Source of the DNA: the human T2T-CHM13v2.0 reference genome, Homo sapiens
Length of the DNA: 64,000 bases
Direction: 5' to 3' (one strand)
NCBI RefSeq assembly: GCF_009914755.1
Contig: NC_060929.1
A model generated the notes under the pieces. It worked only from the letters and a program-made list of their open reading frames with translations. It searched no databases and was not told the DNA's origin. Position 1 is the stretch's first letter. Each line of letters starts with the position of its first letter. Positions 48,310-62,780 of the stretch are shown piece by piece. Both the position numbers and the translations under genes were made by a program.

Positions 48310-50999
48310 CTGGCACAGACGAGTCAAGGAAGGAACCAGGAGAAGGAGGCAGGAACTTGGGGAAGGGGAGAATTAGCAATGGCACCATCTTATATTAGTA
48401 AAATATGTCAACATTTGCTATGCACATGGTAGATCCTCATCATAAACTTGTCCCAGGCAGATGAGGCTCAGGAACTTTAAGAAAATAGCCCAGGGTTACC
48501 CAGTAGTCAGAGGCAGCATTAGAACTCAGGTCTCTTGACTCCTCATTTGTGTTTTATCCTCTATAAACACGTAAAAGACATCCACTCATGACCAAAGTTA
48601 ACTGCTTGTGCAATCAGGCTAAAATGTACCAAGTTGCAAAGATTTTGCTTCTCATTTTATAATAATGATTAAGGTACTGGTCCTATTATAACCAAATAAT
48701 TCATTTTATCTGATTCCTTAATGGATTATTGGGCTGATAAGTGATATCTATAATAATAGAGTGCATATCTTCTTTCATGAAATCCCTAAGCCCTTCTTTA
48801 TAATATGTTGATGATAATAATAATAGCTGCCACCAATAATGGAGCACTAGCTATAGGCCATTCACTGTACAAAGCATATCATGTACTTTATCTCATTTAA
48901 TCCTTACAAGAACTCTATATAATTAGCGTTTTCCTTATCCTCATTTTTTCAGGGGTGGAAACGGATGCTCCATGTGCATAAAGAAACTTGCTTCAAGTCA
49001 CATGGCTAAGTGACAACACTAGGATTTCATCCCAGGTGCAAAGTCTGTGCTCTTTCATAATTATGCAAAATTTCTCTCATGTATGATATATAAGACTTCT
49101 AGTCTCTGTAAGTTGTGATCTGCTTTTCAGCTTGTGAGGGAGTTTTTAAGTATCAGAAACAAGCCATCCAGTTGGAAAGTTTTAGGGTCCCGTGGAAAAT
49201 ATCCTTAGTTTTATCATCTGGGTTTTTTTTTCTCAGTATTTCCCTTTCTGATCAAGAATTATACCTCTATTTTTTAAAGACCATATCCTTGTATATTGGA
49301 ATGAAACATTTAGTCTTTTATTTATGAAGGTGACTCAATGAAAATAAACCCCTTCACTGGGATGTCTGGCATGAGTGAAGGAGTGGGTTTGTACAGATCT
49401 CTTCACACCTCCACCCAGAGCTTGGGGGATCAGGACACAGAGGGGCCGAGGTACTGTCTGAGGACCCAGCAACATCCTGCAAAGAACAAGCCTTGTGATG
49501 TGGATGCTGTTACACAGTAAAGCTGACCAACAGGACTCCCACTTTTCCTAGATTTTCCCACTCGTGAGCCACCTTTGTGATTTTTGCCCTATCTGTGCAT
49601 CATCAGATAGTACTTTTTACTTAACATTTTTCTTTCAGATCAACTTTAAATTGATTCACTTTTTTCTTTACTTAGCTTTATCTAAACAGTAACCCAATGT
49701 TCATAAAATCATGGGTTTAATAAGGTAGCTACATTTTAAGTAATATGCATAAAAATTGACATGTGATAACTGCAAATGCGTGTGCCAGGAGTTTATGCAC
49801 CACATTTTGGACAACAATGTATTGAATCAACAAGCAATAACTTGATATAACTGCCCCATTAGACTGAGATGGATGAAAGTCTTGTATGCTTTTCATTAAG
49901 CTAGTAGCATAGTCCCCTCCTTAGAGTTTAGATGCGGTACAAGCAAATGCACTGATATTTTTAGTCCCGCTAGCACTAACAAAGTAATCATCTATGATCA
50001 AACATCACTATGCTCCTGCTACAACATTCCAACATGCAATTTGTTGCAACAATGGCTTTGTATTTGGTTGTGCCTCTTTCCCCTTCATTATCTCTTATAA
50101 ACCCTATTGGGTTCTTTCTAAAATTGGCATGAGACTGAGCTAACAGTACATGTTACTACAATTTCTCCTACCAAACCCAGATGCAAATATTACTTGGGTC
50201 TCCGGGGCATGTGAGTCTCCTGGATTCACAAAATACTACCCTTCAACTCAACTTCTGCCAGAGTTATAAATATGATTGCAGTTAGCATCACATGCTGTGG
50301 AGCAAGAGCCTGTGCCCCTCAGGAGGAGGCTCTAGGCTGCAGCTCCGGTGCTCTCTCAGCCACTGACCCATGCCCTGGGCTTTATGGCCATGACGTGGCG
50401 TTGGGTAAACGGAGGTTAGTTTTCAGCTGCTGTTAGATTTCCTCATCCTCCAGAGCAAGCCTTGATATCCCACTGTGCCTGTGAACATGTTTCTCTTTTC
50501 TCCAAATAGGGAAAGAAAATCTGGTGTCAGCTTTCTCAACCTCTACCAGTATAGCTCTGAAAACAAGCTGAACTGGAAGGGATCTTCGCTGTGTGGGAGG
50601 GGGAGGTGCTACAGCTACAGTTATTTTTTCCCACCTAAAAATAAAGCCCCAAAGTAAGAATGTGCAAAAACAAAGTGCCTAAACATGTCTATGAAACCAG
50701 GCACATCCTCCACCATCAAGGATGCCAGTGGGGCTGTGCCCACGAGATCTGCCCAGAGCTGCCATCTCTGGATCTTTCCTTCCTTCACTGGACCTTCCAA
50801 GCCTACCCACCACCCAGCCCTCATCCCCAAGCCATTGGCTTCCTATCCCCAGCAGGTCTCAGTCTTCCTTTTTGAGTAGAGGGCTTGTTTAGTTTGACTC
50901 AAAGGGGTTCCAGGGATAAACCATGATTATCCCTCTTTTTAATCACTGGGATGATGAAGTTAAGAGGAAGATATGGCCAGTTGCTAATGCTGATCAGGG

Positions 51000-51210
51000 G
51001 CCAGGCCTGCCCTGTGCTAACACTTTCCATGTGTTGTCCTCCTTGCCCCTCATCTCAGCCTTATGAGGGCAGGATTATTAACAGGTCCATTTTACAGCCG
51101 AGGGAACTCAGATAAATTACTCAAGGTTATGTGACACAGTGGGCAGAGCTGGGATTTGAACCCAAGCTTGTCTGACTCCAGAGCCCGGGTTCTTTCTCAC
51201 CATGCCACTC
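51000..51210 (-). mobile_element. MIR SINE
   Basis: ccattttacag...gggcagagctgggatttgaacccaag...tctgactccagagc. Confidence 0.68.
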
Positions 51211-52664
51211 TGCCTCCCTTGAGGAATGGCCTCACAAAGCTGGCCAAAATGTGACAATTTTGGTTCCTTTGAAAAGACCCCCAGCTAATCTGAGAGGGCA
51301 GCCCCATCTCTTCTGGCTTTAGGCTTGTGCTCTCTTAATTTACCTACCACTTTGGTGACTGCATTTTCCAGAACCAGAATTTTTATGTGCTCTAAGATTT
51401 TTTTTTTTTTTTTTTTTTTTGAAGCAGAATTTGGGACACAAGCCTGATAAGGGATTATTTGGATTTTTACCTGCTGGAGGATTTGGTGAGTTCTAGAAAC
51501 ATTTGAGAGAAGTCTAGTTGCTAAAAATTAAGTGACTTATGGGGATGATGGGAGAGGATATTCAACATCTGTATCCTCTAGAAACCCAGGCATTTTCCCC
51601 TGCACAACTCTAAAGGGCGATCCATGTTTTCAGCATATGTAATTTTGCCCTTCATGTTGGGAGGGAAGGAGAAAGAAGATGAGCAATTCGTGGCTCCACG
51701 TATAATCTTGAAAATGGAATGATGCATTTTGACAGTCACTTTTATTTTTTTTAATCCTTTAGAGCTCTCTATCCAAATTATTTCCCTGTTGTCCCAAATA
51801 ACTAGATGGCAAAAGCAAAACAGAGCATTGAATTCATGGCTAATATACAACCCCGACAGCCAACAGATTGCCATTAAATTAACCCTGGGGCTTGACAGAT
51901 CTGTTCTTCTTGACCTGACTGCTTACGGCATTTCTTATTAATGCTGAGCCCAGGCAAATTACATCTGCTAACAAAAGGGGTTAATCTGGCTCTCTGCTGG
52001 GACTCTGGAGGCAGCTCTGAGGACAGGAGGGGGCATAGCCAGCTTGGCAGCTGAGCTCCATGCTTGGAAGGCAGAAGAGGGGAAGGTGAGGGCACCGCTG
52101 TGCCAGGCAGTGGCCTAAGGCATCATTTAAAATAATAATTGAAGACACCAGGAGGTCACTCCTTAAGGGATCCACTTCAAACAAATGGGAAGCCAGAGCC
52201 ACAAATGGTTCATCAGTGTGGGATGAGGGAATGGAGAGGGTCATGGCAGGATGGTAAGAGGTAGCATGGGGGCCATTCAAACATCATTTCCTAATCCCAA
52301 GTTTAGAAAAAGCTTTTTATGAAAACAAAAGTCCAGCATGATATTAGAAAAAGATTGACAACTTAAATAAATATACAGAACAAGGAAGTGATTAGATGAA
52401 TTTTTATATATCTCATTAAATTGTTTTTGCAGTGAAATTTCCAAGTCTGTAAAAACCATAGTGCACAAAATTCTAACAACAGTTTGATGATGTCATTTAA
52501 AACTTATACTCTGAAAATGATGAGCTAAATGGGAAGACACTAAAACATTAGTGATAGTTCTATCAGGGTGGGTTTACGAATGGTTTTTCTTTTGATTTCA
52601 ATGATCAGCACAATTTCCACATTTTCTTTTAATAAAGTTGTATTTCAGGCTGGAAAAAATCTTA

Positions 52665-53060
<396 letters not shown>

Positions 53061-53062
53061 TT

Positions 53063-53108
53063 ACACACACACACGAGAGAGAGAGAGAGAGAGAGAGAGG
53101 GAGACAGA
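53063..53108. repeat. Compound (CA)n(GA)n microsatellite
   Basis: acacacacacac followed by a (ga)n run. Confidence 0.85.
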
Positions 53109-53399
53109 CAAGGGCCCATTCACTCATTTCTTTCTTTGTGTATTCTATAAGTGTTTCCAAAGAATCTATACCCTGCCAGTACTCTTCTGGGTGCAGGAGA
53201 TACAGTAGTGACCAAAGCAGGCCCCAAGCCCCCCTGATCCATGGAGCCTATATTCTAGTAGGGAACAGTCAATAAACAAGGTAAATGAGTATTATACACA
53301 GTATATTAGGCAGTGATAACTACTAAGCAGTAAAAGCAGGAAAGGGAGAGAGAAATTATGTCTCTATATGTCCTAGATTGAATAGAAGGAAGGTTCTTG

Positions 53400-53652
53400 G
53401 CATTGTATGTTCCCACTCATAAGTGGAAGCTAAGAGGATGCAAAGGCATAAGAATGACACAATGGACTTTGGGGACTCAGGGGGAAAGGGTGGGAAGGAG
53501 GTGAGGGATAAAAGACTACAAATTGGGTTCAGTGTATACTGCTTAGGAGATGGGTGCACCAAATTCTCACAAATCACCACTAAAGAACTTACTCATGTAA
53601 CCAAATACCACCTGTTCCTTAAAACCTGTGGAAATAAAAAATTGTTTTAAAA
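53400..53652 (+). mobile_element. L1PB1-like 3' end fragment
   Basis: atggactttggggactcagggggaaagggtggg...atcaccactaaagaacttactcatgtaacc. Confidence 0.8.
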
Positions 53653-53759
53653 AGAAAAAGGCATATGGTATAATCCCAACTATATACAAAATAAAATAGT
53701 CTGTGAATATGCCTGATATATAAATGGATAGAAAAAAGTGTGAGTCCATATCCTAAACT

Positions 53760-53958
53760 AGGCGAGCTTCCATAAGGACCATGCAGCAAGTATTTTCAGC
53801 CTTTTGGGCCTTTGCCACCGCTATTCAACTTTGCAGTTGCAGCAGGAAAGCAGCCATAGATAATATGTAACTGAAAGGGTGTGGCTGTGTTCCAACAAAA
53901 CTTTACTTACAAAAACACTTTGGGATAGATCTGGTCTGTGGGCAGTTTGCCAACCTGT
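53760..53958. mobile_element. MER58A-like hAT element
   Basis: gcagccatagataatatgtaa...gtggctgtgttccaacaaaacttta...agtttgccaacctg. Confidence 0.7.
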
Positions 53959-56900
53959 TCTAACCTTTTAGCAGAGTAAGAGGTGAATTGTTTATTGCTA
54001 AAGTAATTTACCAAAAAATAACTTGTATTCATGTATTATTTGTATTAAAAATAATATCAATAAAAGAATATCGTAATGCAAAAAAAAGTGGATTAGGAAC
54101 CTGAACTTCTTCCCTTAGGAAAGTTTCAAAAAAAAAAAAAAAAAAAAAAAAAAAGAAGAAGAAGAAAGATTCTTGGGTAAATCAGGAGTTTTAAATTGTT
54201 TTTGGCTTTGGCTTTTAAAATTTCTTTTATTTCCCCCTGAACCCACATTGTTGAATTAGCTAGCATTAAGTTAAAACTGTGATGCGAATCCAATGTATAG
54301 ACAGCAAAATTGGTAGTAAGATTTTTGGTCATTTTATTTTCCCCAAATCTCTACAATGAATACATATTAAACAAAGAAAACAATAAGCATTAAAAAATAG
54401 CAGTTTCCCTGGCTTAAAATCATCTGTGAGAGAGCTGCGAGACCAGGAACCTCATCTCGATGGGTAAAGTTTGAGATAATATTGTGAAAAATACTGTGAT
54501 TGTAACAAAATGGGGACCAGAGATTGGGATTCAGTTTTGATTCTATCTCCATTTTGCTAAGAGAATTTGGGAAAGTCATTTTATCTCTCTGGGTTTCCAT
54601 TTCTTTGCCTATAAATGGGTGTAACCCTATCAGCCTCTAAGAATTTTGATTATTAAACAAGATAATGGAAAAGATAATTTAAGTGGTTTTACACTGGAGT
54701 GAATATTCCTTCTTCTGAAGGAAGCACATATTTCTCCAAGGATAGGGTTTATATGCATTGCCTTTGTGAGGTGACTTTCATATGCCTCTGTCCCTTTGCT
54801 GCTGATTTTGCTAATACTGACATGCGTATTTCCCCAATTCCTGTCTAAGCCAATGGAGGATAAGAGAGCCAAGTAGGACGCTTTTCTGCAGGGCTGAGTA
54901 TTATAAACATTGGCCAAGCTGAAGAGTGGAATCTATGTTTACCAGGGTAAAGTACCCACATTCAAAAGCAGCTGAGGCTTTTCATATCCCACTTAAAGTC
55001 TGCCAGTACTGAAGGTAGAAAATAGTAATATCTTTGTGTGAACACAGCGTATTTGTTTGATGAGTGTGATTTCCTTTTAGGGACATGAGTTGCTTTGAGA
55101 TCTTTTTCCCTTTCCATGGTCTAAATTTAATCTTTGGATATTAAGCAATGATTATGAAACATAAAGATCTTATTAGCTGAAAGGACATGTTGCTTGATGA
55201 TGAGACACTGGAAATCTCCAAAGAGGACTCCAAGGGATATTCCTCTCTTAAGAGCTTAAAAAAAAGTCAATGTGTAAATATTCATGGAGTGTTTGCCAAT
55301 TCCTAGGCTCAATATGAGGAGACTGACAAAGAGACACATGGTGTCATATTAAATATGTATTGGGCAGGGTGAAAGCCACTGAAGCAGCAACAGGGGAGAA
55401 ACTTGTACTAGACCCCACAGTTCCCCTGGAAGCCTGCCTGGCAGAATCCCACTGAATTAAAAGGAAGCTGCTGTCCATGGTAGTAATGAGTGCTAGAACC
55501 TGGAAGCCAAGAGTTGAGGCTACCTGGTCCCTTAATTAGGGAATCGACTCTAACAGGGCTTCAGCTTGGTTGACAAATAAAATGAAGCCACTGTACAGGG
55601 TTGTTAGGACCAAGGTCAAAGTTGAAGTATCCCTAGAGTCCAGCTGGCTTCTCCCAGATAAGTCCTCTATCTCATATTCAGAGACTGGACTTCTGAAAGG
55701 TGAGGCTTCTGCTACCCTTCCCAGCCTTGCTTACTCCATGCTCCACTTCACTCTCTGGGCTTCAAAAATAGTGGCCTTCTTAGAATTCCTCCAACATGTC
55801 ATACTCTCTCCTGCCACAGGACCTCTGTACACACTGAACACATGTCTCCACACCTCTTTGCCAAGTTAGTTCATAGTCTTCCTCTTTCAGATCTTAACTA
55901 ATTCTTCAGCAAAGCCTTCCCTGGTCTATAGCAGGATTTTTAAAAATGCATTCATAGAACCATATTCCCTGTCTTCACAGAAATTATCTCAGTTTGTAAT
56001 TATATACTCAGTGTATTTGATGAACATTACTCTGAAAGCGGCAAATTTGTTTTTTCCCATTTTCATGCCTGGCACAAACTAGGTGCTCAATTTATCATCG
56101 TTGAGGGCTAGTCTTTATTTTTACTCGATATGGGCCTATTTAATAGATCCCATGTTGGACAAGGTAAGAACTCAGGTCAGTTCATTCTTAGTCCTGCAAA
56201 AAGAGTTCAAAGGATTCTAGGTATACCATAGTTTTCATAAAGAAGCAACATCTTTTAATATAAATTTTCATTTATTGCTATTGTCTCTTGCCCTAGAAAA
56301 CTACTAATCTATTAATGAGTTGTTATAGTCCTGATGTAGTTAGCCTATTAAGACGAAAGTTTGACTGCTTATGTGGGAAACTGTTACACAAGACAAGGAC
56401 AGACTGGCTATGGATGGAAGGGAGAGAATTCATGACCAGTTATCATGAGGTTTAGAAATGCCTTGCTCTGATCTGGTGCTAAACACAAGGCCCTAGACCT
56501 CAGAGTTCCTGAAAACATTTAGTAACTAGGGGGCAGCATCTTGCAAAGGACACCCAACTGCAGAACCAAAGGAAGAGTCTAGAATTGAAAAGACAATCCA
56601 GATAATAAAATTAGCAGAATAAAAGCTACCATTCTAATGTTCAACTTTTCTAGTTTCCTTGTTCTCTCAATAATTATCATGATTGTGCTAGTCCTGTTTA
56701 CTGAGCATTTGCTTAGCAAGGCACTACCCTAAATGTGTGCGTGCGTATGTGTGTGTGTGTGTGTTTAATTTTCATAATCCTCTCGTGATAGAGCTGCTTT
56801 CTACAGATGAACAAAATGAGAAATGGAGGCTTGGATAGATTAAGAACATGTTAAAGCTTATACAGCCAGAAAAGTGGTAGGGCTGGGTGAGACCTCTATC

Positions 56901-57929
56901 ACTTGTTGGACTCTGAAGCCTGAGTTCTCAACCGTAATGCCAAAGTCACACCAAATGCCAGTCACAGGAAGTCATGACTGTTTTCTAACCATATCTCCAG
57001 ATCCCTTGTCTCACTATTTACTTAATGCTTTACATACACTTACTTTGTAATCTAAATAGATTTTGAATATCTATGAAATTGTAGGATATGATGGTTATGT
57101 TTTTTGACGTTCACTATTGCTTAGAAGCACATTGCTTACCATCCCCAGTAGTAGCCACACTATGCTTTGGGAATCCCAAATTATTCTATCCTGAACCATG
57201 TTTCTTCTGTCTCCTTTGTGAATAAGGGGCATTGTGGAAATGAGACCTGCCTGGTGGCTGGTATTTTTCTGAGACTGTTTTGAAAGATGGCCGCTTCCTA
57301 CCCCAGAGGTGGCTATACTTCAGTGATGAGAGGCTCAGTGCTTAGGGCGGTCTGGTTGAAAAGAACTATATAGATATCACTTATCATCGTTCTCATGATG
57401 ACAATGATTATTTTACATATGGCTGCTTTAAGGGTGAATGGCACGGTCTCATTTGTATGCCAGCATCTGGCAGTCTGTCACACATCTGCAGAATATAACC
57501 TAAACTGCGCTGTTAATATTTCCCCTTTGCATTCTCCCCAAGGCATCTGTCTCCCAAAATGCCTAAAGAAACTCCCCTCCCCCTTGAAGGCCTAGAGGCA
57601 AAATTCAGAAAACATGTCACCTAGACTGGGGAAGCAGAAGCTCAGAGTGACAGCCAGCTGAGCCTGAGCAGATTTCTGGCTCTTGGAATAGATGGAGAGA
57701 GAAAAAGGGAACCACCACCCACACTCATTCTATTAGCAGCTGCACTGCCAGGCAAAATCTGTAGGCAGGCCCAGACAGCATGTGGAGTCTGTTCCGTGAT
57801 CAACAAAATATGCCAGGCATGGTCCTGATGGTCAGTTCTCATTGTCTCCAAATATATCTCATAATTGCCACTATCTGATTAAAGCTGCCTTCCCTGAAAG
57901 CCCTTGGAGACGGTTGAGTGCTCTCCATG

Positions 57930-58290
57930 GTGGAGACTAGCTAGCTGTGTACCAAAACCGGGTCTTTTTATCCTGGGCACACAGCCAGACTACATTTCCT
58001 AGGCTGCCTTGCAGTTAAGAGTTAGCCATGTGGCTGAATTCTAGCCAATGGAATGCATACTTTTTTAGGGCATGGCTCAGAGGAATCTCCCACTTGTGAT
58101 CTTCCATGACCTTCCCCTTTTACAGTCCTGCTATAAACATGGTAACATTGGGGAGCTGCAAATGAAAGAGGCCCGAGTTTCTGAATTACTGATTGGAGGA
58201 GGCTGCCTGCTGATGGGGATCATCAATATTAGACTTCATACGAAAATAATCTTTTATTTGTTTGAGCCATTATGGGGTCTATTCTATAAA
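57930..58290 (+). mobile_element. Old MaLR LTR (MLT1J-like)
   Basis: cctgggcacacagccagactacatttcc...ccatgtggctgaattctagccaatggaatg. Confidence 0.65.
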
Positions 58291-58419
58291 CGAACCTTCA
58301 GAGCTTTACTATAACTCTTAAAATTAAATTTCCAGGTTAGATTTTATGAACTGTCTACTGGATAGCGCTACTTTGATGACCTACTATTATTTCGAACTTG
58401 ACAGGTTCAATAATTTTCT

Positions 58420-59180
58420 GTATGTCAGAGTGTTCCACGTACTGGAATACAGCAATAGTTCATACAAGGCCCTTGCTCTTGTAGAATTTACATCCTAACA
58501 TGAGGAAACCAAAAATACATAAGTAAAAAAATTTCAAATCATGGTAAGTACCATGACAATAACAGGGATAGTGTTATTGGTAGCTACTTAAGAGTTAATG
58601 GGAAAGAGTACCTCTGGGGCCTGAAGTGACATGTAACTAGCCATGTGAATGCTGTGGGCAAAATATTCTAGAAAGAGGGAACAGCAAATGCAAAGAATGG
58701 AAGAATAAGGTTTACTTAGGAACAGAAAAGTGATTAGTTGGCTGAAATGAAGTGAATTAGGGAAGCGTGACAAGACTGGATAACAAAGATGGAGACAGGT
58801 TCCAGATCACGCAGAATCTTATAGGCCAAGTTAAATAACTTGGATTTTATTCTGAGTTTAGTGGGAAGCTACTGGAATGTTTTTTATCAGGGAAGGAATG
58901 ATATTTGAATTACATGTTGAAGGGTTCGTACTGTATAAAAGAGCAAGAATGAATGGAGACCAGATGAGATTATTGCAGTCACAGTGGTGAGAGACAACAG
59001 TGGCTTATGCTAGTGTAGGTAGGTAGATAGGGATATATGCGTTGATTTGACATATATTTTAGAGGCAGGGCTCATGGATAGATGGAGTTAGAGTAGGGGA
59101 GGCTGGTAAGTGGAAGAGAAAACTCCATATTGATACCTAGGTCAATTGTTCAGTTACCTGAGTTGTTCAGTGCCATTCCT
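58420..59180 (-). mobile_element. Degenerate L2 LINE
   Basis: Antisense L2 motifs (agagggaacagcaaatgcaaag, ttggattttattctgag). Confidence 0.55.
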
Positions 59181-59237
59181 CATAAATCTCATGCCTTAGG
59201 TTTGTGAGAAATGGAGCACATGATAGGTATTCAATAA

Positions 59238-59643
<406 letters not shown>

Positions 59644-59825
59644 GACTTTTCTATATTTTAATTAAACAGGAGATAATGATACTTACATTATGGGGTTGTT
59701 TTATCAAATATGTCCTTGGGGGTAGAAATTATTAATATAAAGAGGCATGATGGGGGCTTGAGAATTGTTAGCAAAGTTCTGTTTCTGGATGTCAATGCTG
59801 GTTATAGGTGAGTTCAACCTCTGAA

Positions 59826-59934
59826 ATTTCATCAAACTGTATAATTATAATATGTATACTGTACATTTTATCAAACTGTACAATTATAATATGTATACTA
59901 TACATTTCATCAAACTGTACAATTATAATATGTA
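59826..59934. repeat. 39-bp AT-rich minisatellite (about 2.8 copies)
   Basis: attt(c/t)atcaaactgta(t/c)aattataatatgtatact(g/a)tac units start at 59826, 59865 and 59904. Confidence 0.9.
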
Positions 59935-60440
59935 CTTTTCTATATGCATAATATACTTCAATGAGGTAAAAAATGTAATACTATAAAGTTCCCATTGCAA
60001 GTGCTTGGAACTCAATAAATGTCAGTCACTATTATTTTCACTATTATGAGACAATGGAAACCAGTATGTCTGTGGTCCATGCTGTCCATACAGATTTATG
60101 AATCCTTTAACAGAGAAAGAACCTGAACTCTAGGGTCTTATCCTATTGTTGATAAAATCACCTCTAATTTTAATTCGTGACATATAGATGCCTCTGTATG
60201 AAGGAATTGATTCAGAGTCCCAATCCAGAGCTAGCCCTGGCCTCCCACTTGTAATAACAATATTTCCCTAACTTTATTGTTATGATTAAAGAGTCTCATA
60301 GGTGCCAGTGTATTTTAAAAGGGGCAAGTTCTCCGCAAATGCTAGGTGTTGCATTTCTATTCCATATTTTCTCCCAGCCCACTCGCACCTGAATACTCTT
60401 AATTCAGGCCAGTTGATTCTTGATCACAAAGAAAGGATAC

Positions 60441-60618
60441 TAAAACTTTGATTGGTTATTTCAAAGTTCCATAGGTTAATCCTCAGGTCATCAGCGGACA
60501 TGTAGGTTTCATAGTCGCTGTTGACAGATATGGAGTTGATGTGATATGTGTGTGCGTTGGCAAATACTCTTCGTGGGGTGGCCTCCACCATCAGGTCCAT
60601 GGGTCTCAGGACAGGCAC
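60441..60618 (-). CDS. PPP2R2B: PPP2R2B coding exon (178 nt)
   Basis: cag|GTG CCT GTC...TTT A|gtatcctt encodes [59 protein letters not shown], the conserved B55 substrate-pocket segment. Confidence 0.97.
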
Positions 60619-62239
60619 CTGGGATGCAAGAGAAACAAATCACTTCAGAACCAAAGATCTTCCATAGGAAAAGAGTGTGCATGCTAATATCATTTATTAT
60701 CACACACAAAATAATAGCCACATTGAAGAAACTCCAAGTTAGAGAAAGAAGAGGCTAATAACGAATCACACACTGTTCTTGTTCCATTCTGTTCCTCCTC
60801 TTTCAAAAGATATCACCATCACTTAGCCCTGGTGGGAAATTTCATTCTTTATAAATTCTAAACATTTTTCTAAGCCCCTCCAGGTAGCCTCATCTCAGGG
60901 GAACTTGGCTTCCATTGTGGAGTCATTACCTTCCAGAGACATTGTTCTATTTTTTTTTTAAACATGAAATCTATTTAAAAAAGGGAGTTGTGGGAAAATT
61001 TTAGAAATGTCTAGTTCAACTTTAATCTAAATTTATCTTTTATGTCTTTTCATCTCATGGCTTTGGAAGCTATACCCCTTCCTGGCTTTGTCCTTAATCC
61101 TTAAGGGCATTTTGGGAAACTTTAGCATCACCCAAGACTCTAATCGTCCAAATTCAGCCACTAATATATAGGGAACCCAATGACATCTGACTGAGAAAAT
61201 CTTGGTTTATATTTGTCTTAGAGTGCGAACCAGGTAGTGTCCACTTTTACATGCAAAACTGTCCCAGTTTGAACATTAATGATATGGTCACCTTACTGAT
61301 ACATAAATACTTCTCAGTAAGTATTTGTTGAATGAGTAAGAATACATGATTAAATGATTTCTTTCTGGTGGATCAGAGAATCGGCAACTAAATAGTTTCC
61401 CACACATGACCGTCTTTCTGGCAAATGTGAACAAAGACCTATCACTCTTCCTCCTTTGAGTTCTGGGTGAACTGGCTACAAAGAAAGAGAATAAGAACAC
61501 TAATGCCTGAGAGGGAACAAACTAAAAAAACACCCAAGACAGACAAAACCCCACAACACAGGTGTGGTCACTTAATAGAAACAAGAAAATAAAATAACCA
61601 AAGCTATTTTCTTTTCAAGCAAATCATTTCTTGCAACTGAGCCCCGACTGATTTGATACCAGGTGGTAGATTAAGACTTCAACTTCTGGATTGGCTTCAA
61701 CCCAGGTGGCGAGGAGAAGAAAAACAAAAGTTAAATTTTCTGAAGTGCAGTCACCTCACCAACATAACCTTTTAGAAAAAAGAATTCTCCCAGTTCAGAC
61801 TTGAGGGACTTTAACTCACCTATGCGGGAGTTTTTAAATCAAATCAATGATTCAGAGGAAACACAGAATTCTAGACAGATGTGGTACTTGATAACCCAGA
61901 AACCACAGGTGACTTGAGGTGTGGCTGTAGAAGGGTCAGGGGTCCTCTGAATACTAGGAAAGGAAAGGGAAGGAAAGTCTTTGTGGTCCCCCATCCCAAT
62001 TACGGATAAGGGCCTATAGATTAAGTGTGTGTGGCAGCGAATGGGAGACCAGGGTTCTGATCAGATTCACCACTAACCAATAGGCTATGAGGTCTGGGCA
62101 ACTAACCTGCTCCTCCTAAGCTTGAGCTCAATTGCACTGTCTGCAAAACAGTGACCATGCTCCCTGTGCTCTCACTATCGCAAAGGGTGGTTTGGGGTTT
62201 TGTTGAGATGATCTGACCTCCAATGCATCCTCCTACCCA

Positions 62240-62780
62240 CTCTTTCAACAATATTTACTGAGTGCCACACAAAGTCCTGGAGTGTTCAACTGGTAAGCAG
62301 AACCAGACACAGGTCCTGGCATCATATACCTGTTCTTGTCAGGGGAGATAGACATAATTAAAAGGGCTAGGTGCGCAAAAGAGAGGATATACTGCCAAGA
62401 GGGATTTAACCTGCTCAGGGAGAACTGAAGAGGCTTCCCTGAGAATGTATGTATTGGAATGTGAAAGATGGGTAGGGATTTAACCAGGCCAGGAGGGGAG
62501 TGAAAGGGAGAATGTGTCTGAGGGATGTGCAAAGGTCCCGTGATAGAGGTGAACAAGGCAAGAGTGAAAAACTGATAGGTCACTGTAGTTGAGACAGAAG
62601 TAGTGAAGGGAGCTATTGTGGGAGATGAGGTGACAGGCTAGGTAGGAGGCAACACCCCCCCCAAAAAGTTTTGCCATTATTCCAAGTGAATAGGGAAAAA
62701 AATGAAAGGATTTGCAATGATTGTGATATAATCAAATCCAGGTTTTGACTAGATCAGTCCAGATGTACAATGGAAAACAA
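62240..62780 (-). mobile_element. L2 LINE 3' fragment
   Basis: ttcaacaatatttactgagtgcc terminus plus L2 body. Confidence 0.6.
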
